Below, in pieces: positions 46,510 to 57,281 of a stretch of DNA of 64,000 nt (its first letter is position 1; every line of letters starts with the position of its first letter). The notes below the pieces were generated by a model. The model was given only the letters and a program-made list of their open reading frames with translations, was not told the origin of the DNA and ran no database searches. This stretch comes from an uncultured delta proteobacterium. GTDB taxonomy: Bacteria > Myxococcota_A > Polyangia > Polyangiales > Polyangiaceae. The stretch spans positions 3,584,001 to 3,648,000 of the forward strand of contig CAWDXG010000004.1 of NCBI GenBank assembly GCA_963806225.1. The letters are read 5' to 3'. The position numbers and the translations under genes are program-made.

Positions 46510-48717
46510 TTAGCGCGGAGTGCCCGGCGGAAGCGGTCCGAACTCCAGCTTCCTTCTCGCCATGGAGTTCACGGGGAGCGCGACGTAGCTCTCGACCAGG
46601 TGGTGGAGCACGGGCCTGAGCCGCGAGAACAAGGCGGGCTCGACCTCGATCAGGTTCTTGTGCTCGCCGGGGTCGCTCGTCAAATCGAAGAGGCTGTAGT
46701 CGTTCTTCTGCACGTTGTAGATGAGACGGTACTGCCGGTCGAACAGACCCCAGAGCCAGGGCTTGATGTGGCCTCCACGGTTCCAGGGCTGCATCTCACC
46801 GACGAACGGGCCCCGCTGGCAGCTCTGCCCGAGCATGAGCGGCTCGAGGCTCTTGCCCTGGACCGGACCGGGCTGGGGCAGCCCGAGCAGGTCGACCAGC
46901 GTCGGGAACAGGTCGAACAACGCCACCGGCTGGGCTATCCGGCGCGGCTTCATGCCCGGCACGTGAAAGATGCAGGGAACGCGCACCTGCTCCTCGTAGA
47001 GCGTGCTGCCGTGGAACTTGCCGCCGTGCTCGCCGAACTCCTCGCCGTGATCGGCCACGAACAGGAGCACCGTGTGATCCCAGAGCTGCTTGTCCTTCAG
47101 GTAGCGCACGAGGTCGTCGACGGCGAGGTCGACCAGGCGCACTTCGCCGTCGTAGCGGTCGACCATGGCCTTGTTGCCCCAGGGCGCGATGCGCTTGTCG
47201 TGCTTGAAGTAGAACCAGTGCGGGTCGTAGAAGTGCGCATACACGAAGAACGGGTGGCCCGCGAAGCCATCGATGTAGTGCTCGACGTCGTGGGCCACGT
47301 GGAGCGAGCTCTCTTTCTCGCCGTCCTTCTTCAGCTCCCTGATGCCGCGCGTCACCTTGTGGCGCGGCCCGGCGAGCTCCTCGCCGTACACGGCGGCCGT
47401 GCGGTAGCCGCGGGGAATGAGCGCGTCCTGGATGAGCTTGCGCTGGGGCGGGATGTTCGCGTATTGCGACTTCATCAGGTCGCGCGCCCAGCGCGACTGC
47501 ATGCCGGTGAAGAGCGCGGGGATAGCGAACGCCGTCTGTGGGTGCGGCGAGTAGCAACGCGAGAACTCGACGTTGTGGTCCGCCATCGCCTTGATGTGCG
47601 GCGCCGTGTCCCGCTTGTAGTCGCGGATGCGATCGCCGCGCATGGCGTCCGCGAGCAGCACGATCACGTTCGTACCCCTGGGCAGTGCGAAGCTGCTCTG
47701 GCACGCCGGCCCATGCAGTCTGCCATCGAGCGTGCCGAGCGTCGGGTCCTTCTGGAGCGCGGACCCGTCGCAGTCCTCGTCGACCTTGTTGCCGATGATC
47801 TCGAGGGCGGCCGGATTGATGTGCTTGTCGTGGTCGTTGCAGTCGCCGCCGCCGAAGGACGACGAGTAGCCGTCCTTGTCGTGGTCGGCCCCACGGGCGA
47901 TGAGGCGGGGCAACTCGCTGACCAGCACGCCATGCTCGAGCAGCGCCGCGCGGGTCTCCGGCGCGTACTGCATGTACCCGAGCGCCATCGGCAGCATCAC
48001 GGCCAGCGACAGCAGCGACACGGCGGACAGTGCGACGCCCGCCCAACCGCGCACCCAACGGTCGACGAAGCCGGCCGCCAGTACAGCGACGCCGAACGCC
48101 AGAAGCGACAGGAGCATCGTCATCGGCAGAAGGTCCACGACCCCGGCCACGAGCACGTAGAGCGCGCGGATGAAGGTCACTGCCACCACCGCCATCACGA
48201 CCCACGGCAGGTAGCGACCCGCCCGCTCCCAGCGCCGCGTGACGGCCGCGAGCACCTGGAGCGACAGAGCGTAGATGGAAAGCGCGAACGCCCACACCAC
48301 GAGCTCGGCCAACGCGAACGTCCATTGCGCGAGACCGATGTTGTGGAAGCCGGCCGTCAGGAATCGTCCCACCATCACGATCGTGACCTGGAACGCGAAG
48401 CCGACCCCAAGCAACGCGGCCATCAGGCGCGGCGCGCGCGGCTTTTCCAGCCGCTCGAACGTGCCCTGCACCCCGAGCCGCAACGCGAGTGCAACCGGCG
48501 AGAGCAGAGCTGCCGTACCGATGCCGAACGCGATCGCTGCAACGAACAGCATGTAGTGCGGCACGCCGCTGGACAACCGATGACCCAGACGCACCGCCTC
48601 GACGAGACCGGCCACGGCGCCGACCAGCAGCGGTGCACACAGCCGTACCGCCCAGCGCACAGGCCCTTCCAGGCGCGACAGAGCGCGGGCCGGCGCGGCG
48701 GGCTCTGCAAGCGTCAT
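46510..48717 (-). CDS. Membrane-bound sulfatase/alkaline-phosphatase-superfamily protein with a MopE-like DxDxDG-Cys motif
   Basis: About 7 TMs, then DHDKDGY...DCNDHD...NKVDEDCDG, then NVIVLLADAMRGD, HFYDPH, YDGEV, ADHGEEFGEHG. Confidence 0.85.
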   Translation of the reverse strand: MTLAEPAAPARALSRLEGPVRWAVRLCAPLLVGAVAGLVEAVRLGHRLSSGVPHYMLFVAAIAFGIGTAALLSPVALALRLGVQGTFERLEKPRAPRLMAALLGVGFAFQVTIVMVGRFLTAGFHNIGLAQWTFALAELVVWAFALSIYALSLQVLAAVTRRWERAGRYLPWVVMAVVAVTFIRALYVLVAGVVDLLPMTMLLSLLAFGVAVLAAGFVDRWVRGWAGVALSAVSLLSLAVMLPMALGYMQYAPETRAALLEHGVLVSELPRLIARGADHDKDGYSSSFGGGDCNDHDKHINPAALEIIGNKVDEDCDGSALQKDPTLGTLDGRLHGPACQSSFALPRGTNVIVLLADAMRGDRIRDYKRDTAPHIKAMADHNVEFSRCYSPHPQTAFAIPALFTGMQSRWARDLMKSQYANIPPQRKLIQDALIPRGYRTAAVYGEELAGPRHKVTRGIRELKKDGEKESSLHVAHDVEHYIDGFAGHPFFVYAHFYDPHWFYFKHDKRIAPWGNKAMVDRYDGEVRLVDLAVDDLVRYLKDKQLWDHTVLLFVADHGEEFGEHGGKFHGSTLYEEQVRVPCIFHVPGMKPRRIAQPVALFDLFPTLVDLLGLPQPGPVQGKSLEPLMLGQSCQRGPFVGEMQPWNRGGHIKPWLWGLFDRQYRLIYNVQKNDYSLFDLTSDPGEHKNLIEVEPALFSRLRPVLHHLVESYVALPVNSMARRKLEFGPLPPGTPR

Positions 48718-50396
48718 CGGCCCGCCCCGGCGCCGTCGTCCGGGGACTGGACGCGGTTGTACAACGTGAAATCCTCGATCTGCTTGTCCCGCTTGTAGTG
48801 CTCTTCAATCAGCTCCTGGAGCTCGGGGAACGTCTCGAGGGCACGCGCCGAGTCCCGGCGGTCGCCGGTCACCCAGGAAAACACGTCGTTCTTCTCGACC
48901 ACGATCACATCCGGCGGATGGCGCTCGAGATCCTGCATGAGCTGTTGGCGCGCGTACCAGCGCTGCCACGTGACGCGCTGGGGCACGTTGTAGATGAAGC
49001 GGGACGACGGCTTGCGGCGCGCGATCCAGTAGATGACCGGCTCGAACCCCCAGACGTAGATGTGGGCGTTCTTCGGCGTGTTCTGCGCGATGTCCATCGC
49101 CACGCGGCGGTCGGCGTCGAGGTTGTAGTCGGCCACGTAGTAGAGCTCGTGGTCGAGGAGCTCGCGCGAGCTGTAGGACGTTTTTCCGAGCAGGTACTCC
49201 ATCCGCACCATGCTCCGCCACCAGAACGAGCCGGGCAGGTCACGAACCGCCGTGCGCATGAGGGCCGCGACAACAAGAAACGACGCGAACGCGATCATGC
49301 CGCCCGCACCACCGGGCAGACAGCGTCGCCACAGCTTGTACAGCCCGAGGCCGGCGATGAACGCGATGAGCGGCAGCGTGGCCGAGTAGTGGTACTGGAA
49401 GAACTTGCCCTGCATCGCAATGCCGGCGATGTGCACGGAGATGATGCCGAAGAGCAGGAACAGGCCTTCCCGCTCGCGCGTGTGCGTCGGACGGATGACG
49501 AGCGCGGCGATGACGCCAAAGGCCGCCAACGCGGAAAAGTGGAAGAACGCTTCTTCGAGGCCGTAGTAGAACGCCGAGGCAGCGCCCTGCTGGTGCCAGC
49601 CGAGCCGCGTGTAGCCGGGTGTGAAGTGGATGAAGGTCCAGTAGAGCGCCGGCCAGGCACCCCGCAGCTTGAACCAGAGCAGCACGGCTCCGATGGGAAC
49701 CAGGCTCGCGAGCCCGACGACCAGCACGGGCCACAGCGCGGCCAGGCGGCGGCTGGTGCGCCGGTATTCGCGCTGGGCGAGATAGGCGGCGCACACCAGC
49801 GCGCCTCCGCCGAGCGGCGGTTTGAGCAGGAAAGCGAAGCCGAACAGAGCGCCCGCGCCGGCCCACGCGATCCACGCGCGACGGCGATTCGGGTCGCTGA
49901 CGGTGAGCACGACGGCGTACGCGGTCAGGAAGCCGCCGAAGGCCTCGGGCTGGCCGGTGTGCCAGAAGCCGAGCTGGGCGTGGATGAGCGCGGCCAGCGC
50001 GCCGCCGATGATGCCCACGCGCTGCAGGCCGAAGAAGGTGCCGGCCAGGCTGCGGAACGCGACCACCATGCCGAGCAGCCCCGCGACCTCGAGCAGGCGC
50101 GGCGCGAGCATGCTGCGGCCGAACACGGCCTGCGCCAGCGCGTACACAAAATAGATGCCGGGCGGCTTGAAATCCCACAGGTCGCGGTACGGCATCTTGC
50201 CGTGCAGGAGCCCGTTCGCGACCACGGCGTAGATGCCCTGGTCCCGCCCGAAGCTCATCAGCAGGATCTGCAGACAGCTCAGCGCGATGGTCACCCACGC
50301 CAGGACGGTGAGCCAGAAGTCCGGATCCGCCACGCGCTGGCGCGGCAGCGCGTCTACCGCTTCCGCGGCAGGCGGCGGGACCGAGGTGCTCGGCAT
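48714..50396 (-). CDS. GT-C (PMT-like) membrane glycosyltransferase
   Basis: GRDQGIY, PYRDLWDFKPPG, QPE, LLKP, FFQYHY. Many TMs plus a periplasmic C-terminal domain. Overlaps the sulfatase-like gene by 4 nt. Confidence 0.8.
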   Translation of the reverse strand: MPSTSVPPPAAEAVDALPRQRVADPDFWLTVLAWVTIALSCLQILLMSFGRDQGIYAVVANGLLHGKMPYRDLWDFKPPGIYFVYALAQAVFGRSMLAPRLLEVAGLLGMVVAFRSLAGTFFGLQRVGIIGGALAALIHAQLGFWHTGQPEAFGGFLTAYAVVLTVSDPNRRRAWIAWAGAGALFGFAFLLKPPLGGGALVCAAYLAQREYRRTSRRLAALWPVLVVGLASLVPIGAVLLWFKLRGAWPALYWTFIHFTPGYTRLGWHQQGAASAFYYGLEEAFFHFSALAAFGVIAALVIRPTHTREREGLFLLFGIISVHIAGIAMQGKFFQYHYSATLPLIAFIAGLGLYKLWRRCLPGGAGGMIAFASFLVVAALMRTAVRDLPGSFWWRSMVRMEYLLGKTSYSSRELLDHELYYVADYNLDADRRVAMDIAQNTPKNAHIYVWGFEPVIYWIARRKPSSRFIYNVPQRVTWQRWYARQQLMQDLERHPPDVIVVEKNDVFSWVTGDRRDSARALETFPELQELIEEHYKRDKQIEDFTLYNRVQSPDDGAGAGR

Positions 50397-50455
50397 GGGG
50401 GCGACACGCTAGCGAACCTGCCACGGCGCTGGCTAGCGCCGCCGCCAGCCGGCGC

Positions 50456-50484
50456 TTGACCGGGCCCGGTTCCCCCTCTATTCC
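50456..50484 (+). promoter_or_regulatory. Putative sigma70 promoter of tRNA-Arg
   Basis: TTGACC-N17-TATTCC, ending 28 nt upstream of the tRNA. Confidence 0.45.
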
Positions 50485-50512
50485 AGCGTCCGGCGCCGGC
50501 TCCGGCGCCCCC

Positions 50513-50586
50513 GCGCCCCTAGCTCAGCTGGATAGAGCATCGGACTTCGAATCCGCAGGTCGCCCGTTCGAATCGGGCGGGGCGCG
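50513..50586 (+). tRNA. tRNA-Arg(TCG)
   Basis: Acceptor stem GCGCCCC/GGGGCGC, D-arm GCTC/GAGC, anticodon loop CT-TCG-AA, T-arm GCCCG-TTCGAAT-CGGGC. CCA not encoded. Confidence 0.95.
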
Positions 50587-50613
50587 CAAGAAACGATGTG
50601 TTCGGCTCTCGGG

Positions 50614-50640
50614 CTGGGACAAACTGGGACAGCTGGGACA
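50614..50640 (+). repeat. Three tandem CTGGGACA octamers (integrase arm-site-like)
   Basis: Copies at 50614, 50624 and 50633, just inside the left att site. Confidence 0.6.
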
Positions 50641-50931
50641 GCTCGCAGCAACGCCCCTCGCCGTGCCATCAGCCGTCAAGACGCAAGCCCGCCAGTCGCT
50701 CGAAGGGCTGTGGGTCCGCGCTGGATTGAATGGCCTCCCGGCGACCGATACCCTCACCTGCACCAACCAAGGAGAACCAGGACCAAGAGCCCAGCCGAAC
50801 GTCGCTTCGTTCCGATCACGATTCCGCGGAACACGTGGCTACGATGGCGCGAAACGGCCGATCATGGTGGGCGAAATCCGCACGAAGGCGAGTGGGACGC
50901 CACGGCCCCCTGCGAGCGCGCTAGGAAGTCT

Positions 50932-52188
50932 CTAGGGCGGGATGGGCTCCGTCTGGCACTGCCAGCTCAGGCCAGGGTCGTCGAGGTTGTACAGCACGAC
51001 GCGGATCTCGTCCTTCACGGGATCGCGCCAGAGCGTCACCAGCTTCGAGCCATACGCGGCCTTGTATCCGGTGATACGTCCGCCGGTGAGCTCGCACTTG
51101 TTGCCGGTGGACAGATCGAAGCGGACCAGAACAGTGGTCTGGCCATAAAGGGTCTGCGCTTGGTCCGGGTTCTGGTTGGGGCCGTCGGGGGTCTGGTTCC
51201 AGTAGACGAAGTCGCCGTCAACTGCGGGGAAATTCTTGCCGTGCGGTGAATTGGGCGAGTCGTAGGTGATTCGGCGCGTCTTGTGCGCCACCAGGTCCCT
51301 CATGTAGACCTCGCCGCCGTCGCGGCTGAAGTTGTAGTCCGAGTTCCGGCCAGGCGGATCGCGGTAGTCCATCCACACGAACTGGGTCCGGTCAGGCGAA
51401 CAGAATCCCTCGAACTGGATCGCCCCGCCGTAGTCGAGGTAGCCGGCCTTGCCGGTGTCGAGATCGATATCGTAGATGCTGCCGAGGTCCGCGCAGATAA
51501 GCTCGTGCTCGGTAGCGCAGATGTCGTGGCAGACGAAGCTGCCGGGCATGAGCAGCTTGACCTCGCCGGTCTGGAGATCGCGGCTCATCAGGCCCTTGCC
51601 GTCCATTTCCCAGAAGACGTATCGGGAGTTGAGGGCGGTGCGTGTTGCGTTGTTCGTGCCGGCTTGAGCGGGCGTGTACCTGTAGACGATCTTCGTCTCG
51701 CCAGTGATCAGATCCATGACCTCGACCTGACCGTCGCCGACGCCTAGATTGCGGACGAACGCTACCCGACGGCCGGCGACGTAGGGGTCAAGTTGTGCCT
51801 CGTTGAAAGTGGGGTCAGGACCAAACACTGTTGTCTCGGTTGAGTCCAATTTCGTTGCCATGGGACCGACCTGGACACCCTCGGAGACAATGCGCGTCGC
51901 GTCGAACGAGAATGCGTGGACGGTCGCAATGGGGACGGCGTGGTTCAACAGCATCCTGCACCCGACGCCACAGTCCGGCTGCCCCTGCGGCCCGATCGTC
52001 GGCCAGGCCTTCGGCGCCGTGTCGTGCCAGATCGGATCCCACGGCGTGCCGGCCTCCGCGTCGCTACCTGGCGCGTCCGCTTTTGCGTCGGTCGCTCCGG
52101 CGTCTTTTGACGGTTGCGCACTGTCCGTCCCGGGGCACCCTGCCAGAAGCAGCGCGCCAAGGAGCACGGCAAAGCGCGACCAGGTCAC
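50932..52188 (-). CDS. Lipoprotein, probable beta-propeller
   Basis: GTG in a GTGA overlap with the upstream gene. MTWSRFAVLLGALLLAGC lipobox, a DAG-rich linker, and repeated motifs such as VMDLITGE, SRDLQTGE, DIDLDTGK, RFDLSTG. Confidence 0.8.
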   Translation of the reverse strand: MTWSRFAVLLGALLLAGCPGTDSAQPSKDAGATDAKADAPGSDAEAGTPWDPIWHDTAPKAWPTIGPQGQPDCGVGCRMLLNHAVPIATVHAFSFDATRIVSEGVQVGPMATKLDSTETTVFGPDPTFNEAQLDPYVAGRRVAFVRNLGVGDGQVEVMDLITGETKIVYRYTPAQAGTNNATRTALNSRYVFWEMDGKGLMSRDLQTGEVKLLMPGSFVCHDICATEHELICADLGSIYDIDLDTGKAGYLDYGGAIQFEGFCSPDRTQFVWMDYRDPPGRNSDYNFSRDGGEVYMRDLVAHKTRRITYDSPNSPHGKNFPAVDGDFVYWNQTPDGPNQNPDQAQTLYGQTTVLVRFDLSTGNKCELTGGRITGYKAAYGSKLVTLWRDPVKDEIRVVLYNLDDPGLSWQCQTEPIPP

Positions 52189-55100
52189 GGCGCCACCCAT
52201 GCGACCTCCACGCGTTCGCCGTCGATGCGGGCGCTCAGCCGCGTTCCGTCGTGGCGCGTGGCGTCGCTCCGCCATACCCAGCTTGCCAGCTGGTGTTCGC
52301 CGGAGATGGAGAGCGCGTCGCCGCGCAGGTCGACGATCGGCAGGAGCTGGGCGCCCGCGCCGTACGCACGCCCTTGCAGGGGGTCCAGCCGAAGAGCGTC
52401 GATGCGGTGCGGAAGCGATAGCCCGCGCGCTCCAAGCGGGGCCGTGAGGTCGCTGAGATCGACCTCTGCGATCGCCCTCTTCAACACGACGAACACGTGC
52501 GCCGCATCCGCGACGGTGACTACCGCGTTGTCGTCGATGCCGCTCTCGCCCTGACCCGGGCCGTCGTGGTTGTGACCGAAGCCGCCGCAGCCGGAGACCG
52601 GACGAACCACGGTCGCGCCACCGTCCACTCCGATCTCGGCCTGCGCGAGCACCCCGGGCGTAGCGTCCGGCGGCGTAGCGAGCGTGGCGAGACCGAACTC
52701 CGTCACGGCGGCCCACGTGTCGTCACCCACGGCGGCGGCGGCGCGCGGATGGCCGCAGAGCTCGAGCACGGGCCCCAGGGACAGGCCGTCTCCGCCCAGT
52801 GCGACGCGCTGCACGCCGGCCTTCGTGCCGACCAACACCTCGCTGCCATGGCCTGCGAGCATCGTGCCCGCCTTGGGGAGCCAGGCGTCGGCGGAGAGCA
52901 CCGCCGCGCCCGGCGTCGTCGCGTCCCAACGCTCGAGGTGCCTGCCAGCGAGCACCCAGACGGCGTCGTGTCCCGCCCACACGGCGTTGGGCTCGCGTCC
53001 GGCCGGCAGCTGCTCGGTCGCGAGCAGCTCGGCGCGCGCGCCAGTGCAGACGTTGGGCTGCGCTGACAACGCGCAACTCCACGTGCCGGCGTCCGACCAC
53101 CACGCTGGAGCGAGCCGGCAGGCCTCGCCGCCGTGCGCGTCGCTCGCGGGACAGGCCGGCATGGGCGCGCGGTCGAGGCCGAGCTCCGCCCAGCCCGAGC
53201 GCGTCCTGAGCTCGTGCGTCACGCCTGTGGCCTCGGTCGAATCGAGCCGGTAGAGCCGCGGCCGGCCGCCGAGCGGCGGGAGATTCGAGCCCTGCGGTGT
53301 CGGGCGTGAGCGCGATGCCGCGTCCTGTATCGGCCGCCACGAGCCGTGCCGACAGCGCGCCGGCCGGCTCGCGATCGAGGCTCCAGAAATCGTCGCGCGC
53401 GACGCCGGAGTCGTCGATGCCGCCTCATACGCGAAGCCGCTGGCGTCGGCCTTGACGGTGAGGAGCGCGCTCCGGCGCGGCGGGAGCGATTGGCTCAAGA
53501 GTTGCGCGCCATGACCCGCCAGGCTGACGGCCCAGGCGTCGGTCGCGGCACCCGCTTCGGTGACACCGCCCGCCACAACCAGTGCGCTGCCGACCATCGC
53601 CAGCGCCGGCTCACCGCGCGAGACGACCTCCGGCGGCGCGCCCGCGTTGCGCCAACTGCCGGTGAGCGGATTGTAGCCCCAGACGCCCCAGCCCGGCACG
53701 AACAGTCCTACCCAGTCGCTACGCGGATCACTCAGCAGGCGGCTGCCCTCGGCGAGCGGGACGGGAAGCTGTCCGGAGTCCACGGTGTAGTAGCCCGTCG
53801 ACGGCGCCGTTGCGGGCGCGACGAAAGCTGCCGCGGTGGGCGCGCCCAGGAGGCCGCCGACGTCGCCCAGCGCAAAGCCCTGGGCCAGGCGCAACCACGA
53901 GGTCCCCGCCCGGTTCGTGCCGAGCACCATCAGATCGGGCCCGGCGGCGGCGGGTCCCGTCGGCATCGGCGCCGCCAGCACCGACGAGCTGCCCAGGAGC
54001 TCCTGCGCAATGTCGTCCGCCACGATGCTGGAAGTATAGCCCTCTGCCGGGCGCACGAGCACGAGGCCGGAGAGAGTGGTGTCGTTGCGGACCAGCTGGA
54101 AGGGATCCCCGTCCTCCCACCACTTGGAGAAATCCAGCGGATCGCAGCCGACGATGCACTTGACCTGGGTCCACACCGCGTCGAAGCCGAGGTGGAAGGG
54201 GTCGTTGCAGATGAGCGGCGGGATCAGCGCCCGGTGCTCCTCGGTAAGCTGCAGCTCGCCCGCGAAGTTCACACGCAGGCGCTTGCTCTCGGCGCTTGTC
54301 GGATCCCAGAGATTCTTGTTGATGTCGTCGGTAGACACAAAACGCGGATCCGGGAAGGGCGATGGGTCCGAGCCGAATTGTTGGTCTTTCGCGGGCGCCT
54401 TCTTGATCGAGGTCAGCGTCATGATCGCGTACTCGTAGCGCGATTGGATGAATGACTCCTCGTTCACGCCACCGGCCTTGACAGTCACGAAATCGTTCGT
54501 GCCGAAATGGGCAGGCTCGGGAGGGTCGTGGTTGGAGTGCTCGTAGTGCCAAACCCAGCTCTTCTCGGCGGAGTCGATCGGGTAGGGTGCGCAGAAGCCA
54601 TTCGCATCGTAGCTGCACGATTCGCGCTCCAGAGGAAGGTTTCCGTAGCCAGTCGTTTTCGAGAGGTCGGTCACGACCTGCACGTCCCGCCGGAAGCAGT
54701 CGCTCCTTTCGGAATCCAGACAGTCGGCGATTGGCTGCAACGTCACCTTGTCACGACAAGCACACCGATACGTCTGCCCGTCCACTTCCCCGTTCACCGT
54801 GGCCCCGTTGACACTCGTGCCGGCCTCCTCGTAGATCGTGTAGCGTGGCGCATTGTCTCCCGCGATCACGTGCCGGGACCTGTCGGAGCAGGCGCTGCCG
54901 GAGCTCGCCTCGGGGACGACTTCGGTGATCCCCAGCGGATACGGATCGCAGGGGTTGCCGCGATGCAGCTCACCGGCTGTATGGAACGGGGGCGCGGCCG
55001 AATCCGTCGTCCAAGGCCAGTTCTGATCCTCGCCCCAGCTGTTATCGTCGAAGTACGGATAGCCCCCGCTCGGGTCGACCGGGCAGAAGTCCTCGCCTTC

Positions 55101-56543
55101 GGGCACGCCGTCCCGGTCTGCATCGAGGAAGCCCTGGCGCGGAACCGTCGGATCCCAGTGCGAGGGGTACATGCTGGTCCAGGCGTCGTCGATGATGTTG
55201 CTCGGCGGGGTTGTCGGGTAGCGGCCGCTCTTGTCACCGGCGGCAACGTAGGTCTCCTTGAAGAACCTGTCCGGATCGCAGGCATCCTCGATGCCGTCGC
55301 CGTCGCCGTCCTCGCCTGGCGCGGCATCGGGGCACATGTCATCCGGCGCGCGCGCCCCGATTCTCCAGGTCACGCTTACATCGTGATGGAAGCAATCGCC
55401 CTGCAGCCCCGGCGAATACACATTGCATTCCCCACGACAGCGATAGTGATGGGTGACGGGGTCCTTGATGTAGTGACACGGGCCTGCTGCGCGGCATGCG
55501 TTGTATTGACATTGTCGCTTCGCGTCGCCGTGCAGGTTGTCGCACTTGCCGTAGATGGCGCCGCCGCAATTGACGGCGGTCGCCGTCAATCCTGACATGT
55601 CGTAGTGCGTGTCGTTGTCGAAGTCCTCCATGCCGCCGAAATCGGCCTGTGATGCGACGCCGTCGACCTGTTCTTTCCGAGCACGTTGGGGGGGATGAAG
55701 TACCGCTGGAGGATATTTCCATCGATGCCTAGCGGCTGGAGATAGAAGGGCCCGAGGTTATCCGCGGGCACAGGATTGCCGGTGCGCGTGAGTTCGCAGA
55801 AGTTGAGAAGGGTGCCGGAATCAGCGGCGGTTACGAAGCTGCCATGGGCCGAGAAAATCTGCGGCAGGTGAAAGAATCGCGTCGGGACCCGGAAGTTGTC
55901 GGCGTGGGACGGCGTGGATTTCCAACGGGTAGTCGCAACTGAACCCGCCTCCTCCCCAGTCGTGGATCGCCCACGGCTGGTCTGGCTGCGAACCGCGGCT
56001 GATGTCGATATGGAAGCCCTGCGCATCAGGTTTGTGGTCGTCCCTGGGCCAGCAGTTGAGGCCGGAAGTCAGGAATCCGCCGTCTTTGCGCCAGAGCGCG
56101 ACGAATGCAAGACGGACCAGCCTCTGGTCTGTCGTGTCGCTCTCGACCTGGGCGTTGAAGACGAGCATCGGCTCGTCGGGCTGGAGAGAGTCGCTCGGTT
56201 CTGCGTTGTCGAACCAGAAGCGCGGCGCGAAGCAGCACGCCAGGCGCCGCTCCATTGCGTCGTCCAGCCCGTTGCCGTCCTCGTCGTTCTGGCACTCGAG
56301 GCTTCGGTGGTAGGGGTCGTTGGGGTCGTCGGGCATGCTGCCGCGAATCAGGAAGAGTCGCCGTGGGAGCACGGAGCAATCTCCGCTGGCCTGGACGGGA
56401 CAAGTGAACTCCCCCGTGATAGCCAGCGCCCCGCGAGACCAGGTTCCGACCGCGACCGCCAGCGCCGTCGCGAGCAGCGCCGCGCACGCTCGCAAGCTGC
56501 GCCCGCGCACACAGGGCCCAATCCGAACACTTCGAGCTGCCAT
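52185..56543 (-). pseudogene. Large (~1450 aa) secreted Cys/Asp-rich protein with thrombospondin-type-3-like repeats, split by several frameshifts
   Basis: The signal-bearing ORF (to ~55910), a middle frame (HADNFRVPT..NVLGK) and ORF 52185..55631 read as one continuous protein. Contains DEDGNGLDD, DGDGDGIEDACDP and DADRDGVPEGEDFCP. A likely compensating indel pair lies at ~53425 and ~53280. Confidence 0.7.
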
Positions 56544-57281
56544 TCGAGCCACCTTGGACGGGCAATCTGGCCTCACCCGCCGTATCCACGCTTCGGCATG
56601 GTCGGCGCGAGGTGGGGCGGCGGCGGAGCGGCTCCCGCTAGTCGATTCCCCGCCCCGCTCACTCGCGCTTCGAGCCACCCCGGCTCCTCCTGGTTTGCAC
56701 CATGGAACAGGACGCGAGCAGGGCTTGTCAATCACCCCTACGGGTGATGCCGCGCCACTTCCGTTTGGAGAAGGGAACGGGTCATTGCTCTGACAACGTC
56801 TGCCGACTCAAGTGACGAGGATCGTTGGCATCCTGGCGCCCTATGTGCCCGGAGTTCAACGCCGTTCGTCCTGCCGGGCGGGGACTACCGCTACGAGTTC
56901 AACATCGCTTCGGACAACAGGTTCACGCTCCTTGTCCATGGTGCTGCAACATCTCCCCGACGGCCTTCGATCCCAATGACCCGACTCTCGGGAATCTCGC
57001 CAGTATCGATTGCAGGACTTCGTTCACGATTCCCTAGCGGGCACCATGGGATGCGGGCTTGAGTTGCTGGGATGCGCGCTGGTCATGTCCGCCACGAGTG
57101 CTGCGGCGCAGCCCAATAGCCGCATGCGCGAATCCGAGATGCCGGTGGATCCGAGGGTGTAGCGGCGCTTCGGCGCTTCGCCTCGGTCGTGTCCCCTCCT
57201 GTCCACGCCGGGCCAAACGCCCGTCCCGGCCGATCGATTTTTTTCCTGCAATTCTGTGCGGGCTGCGGCAGACTACGGCCT

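Noticed and set aside
45679..48798. Long alternative-frame ORFs (e.g. 45679..48798 +, 60217..62733 +, 13870..16149 +, 12034..13902 -)
   Set aside because: Antisense or off-frame shadows of well-supported genes, expected at this GC content. They are Arg/Ala-rich and have no motifs.
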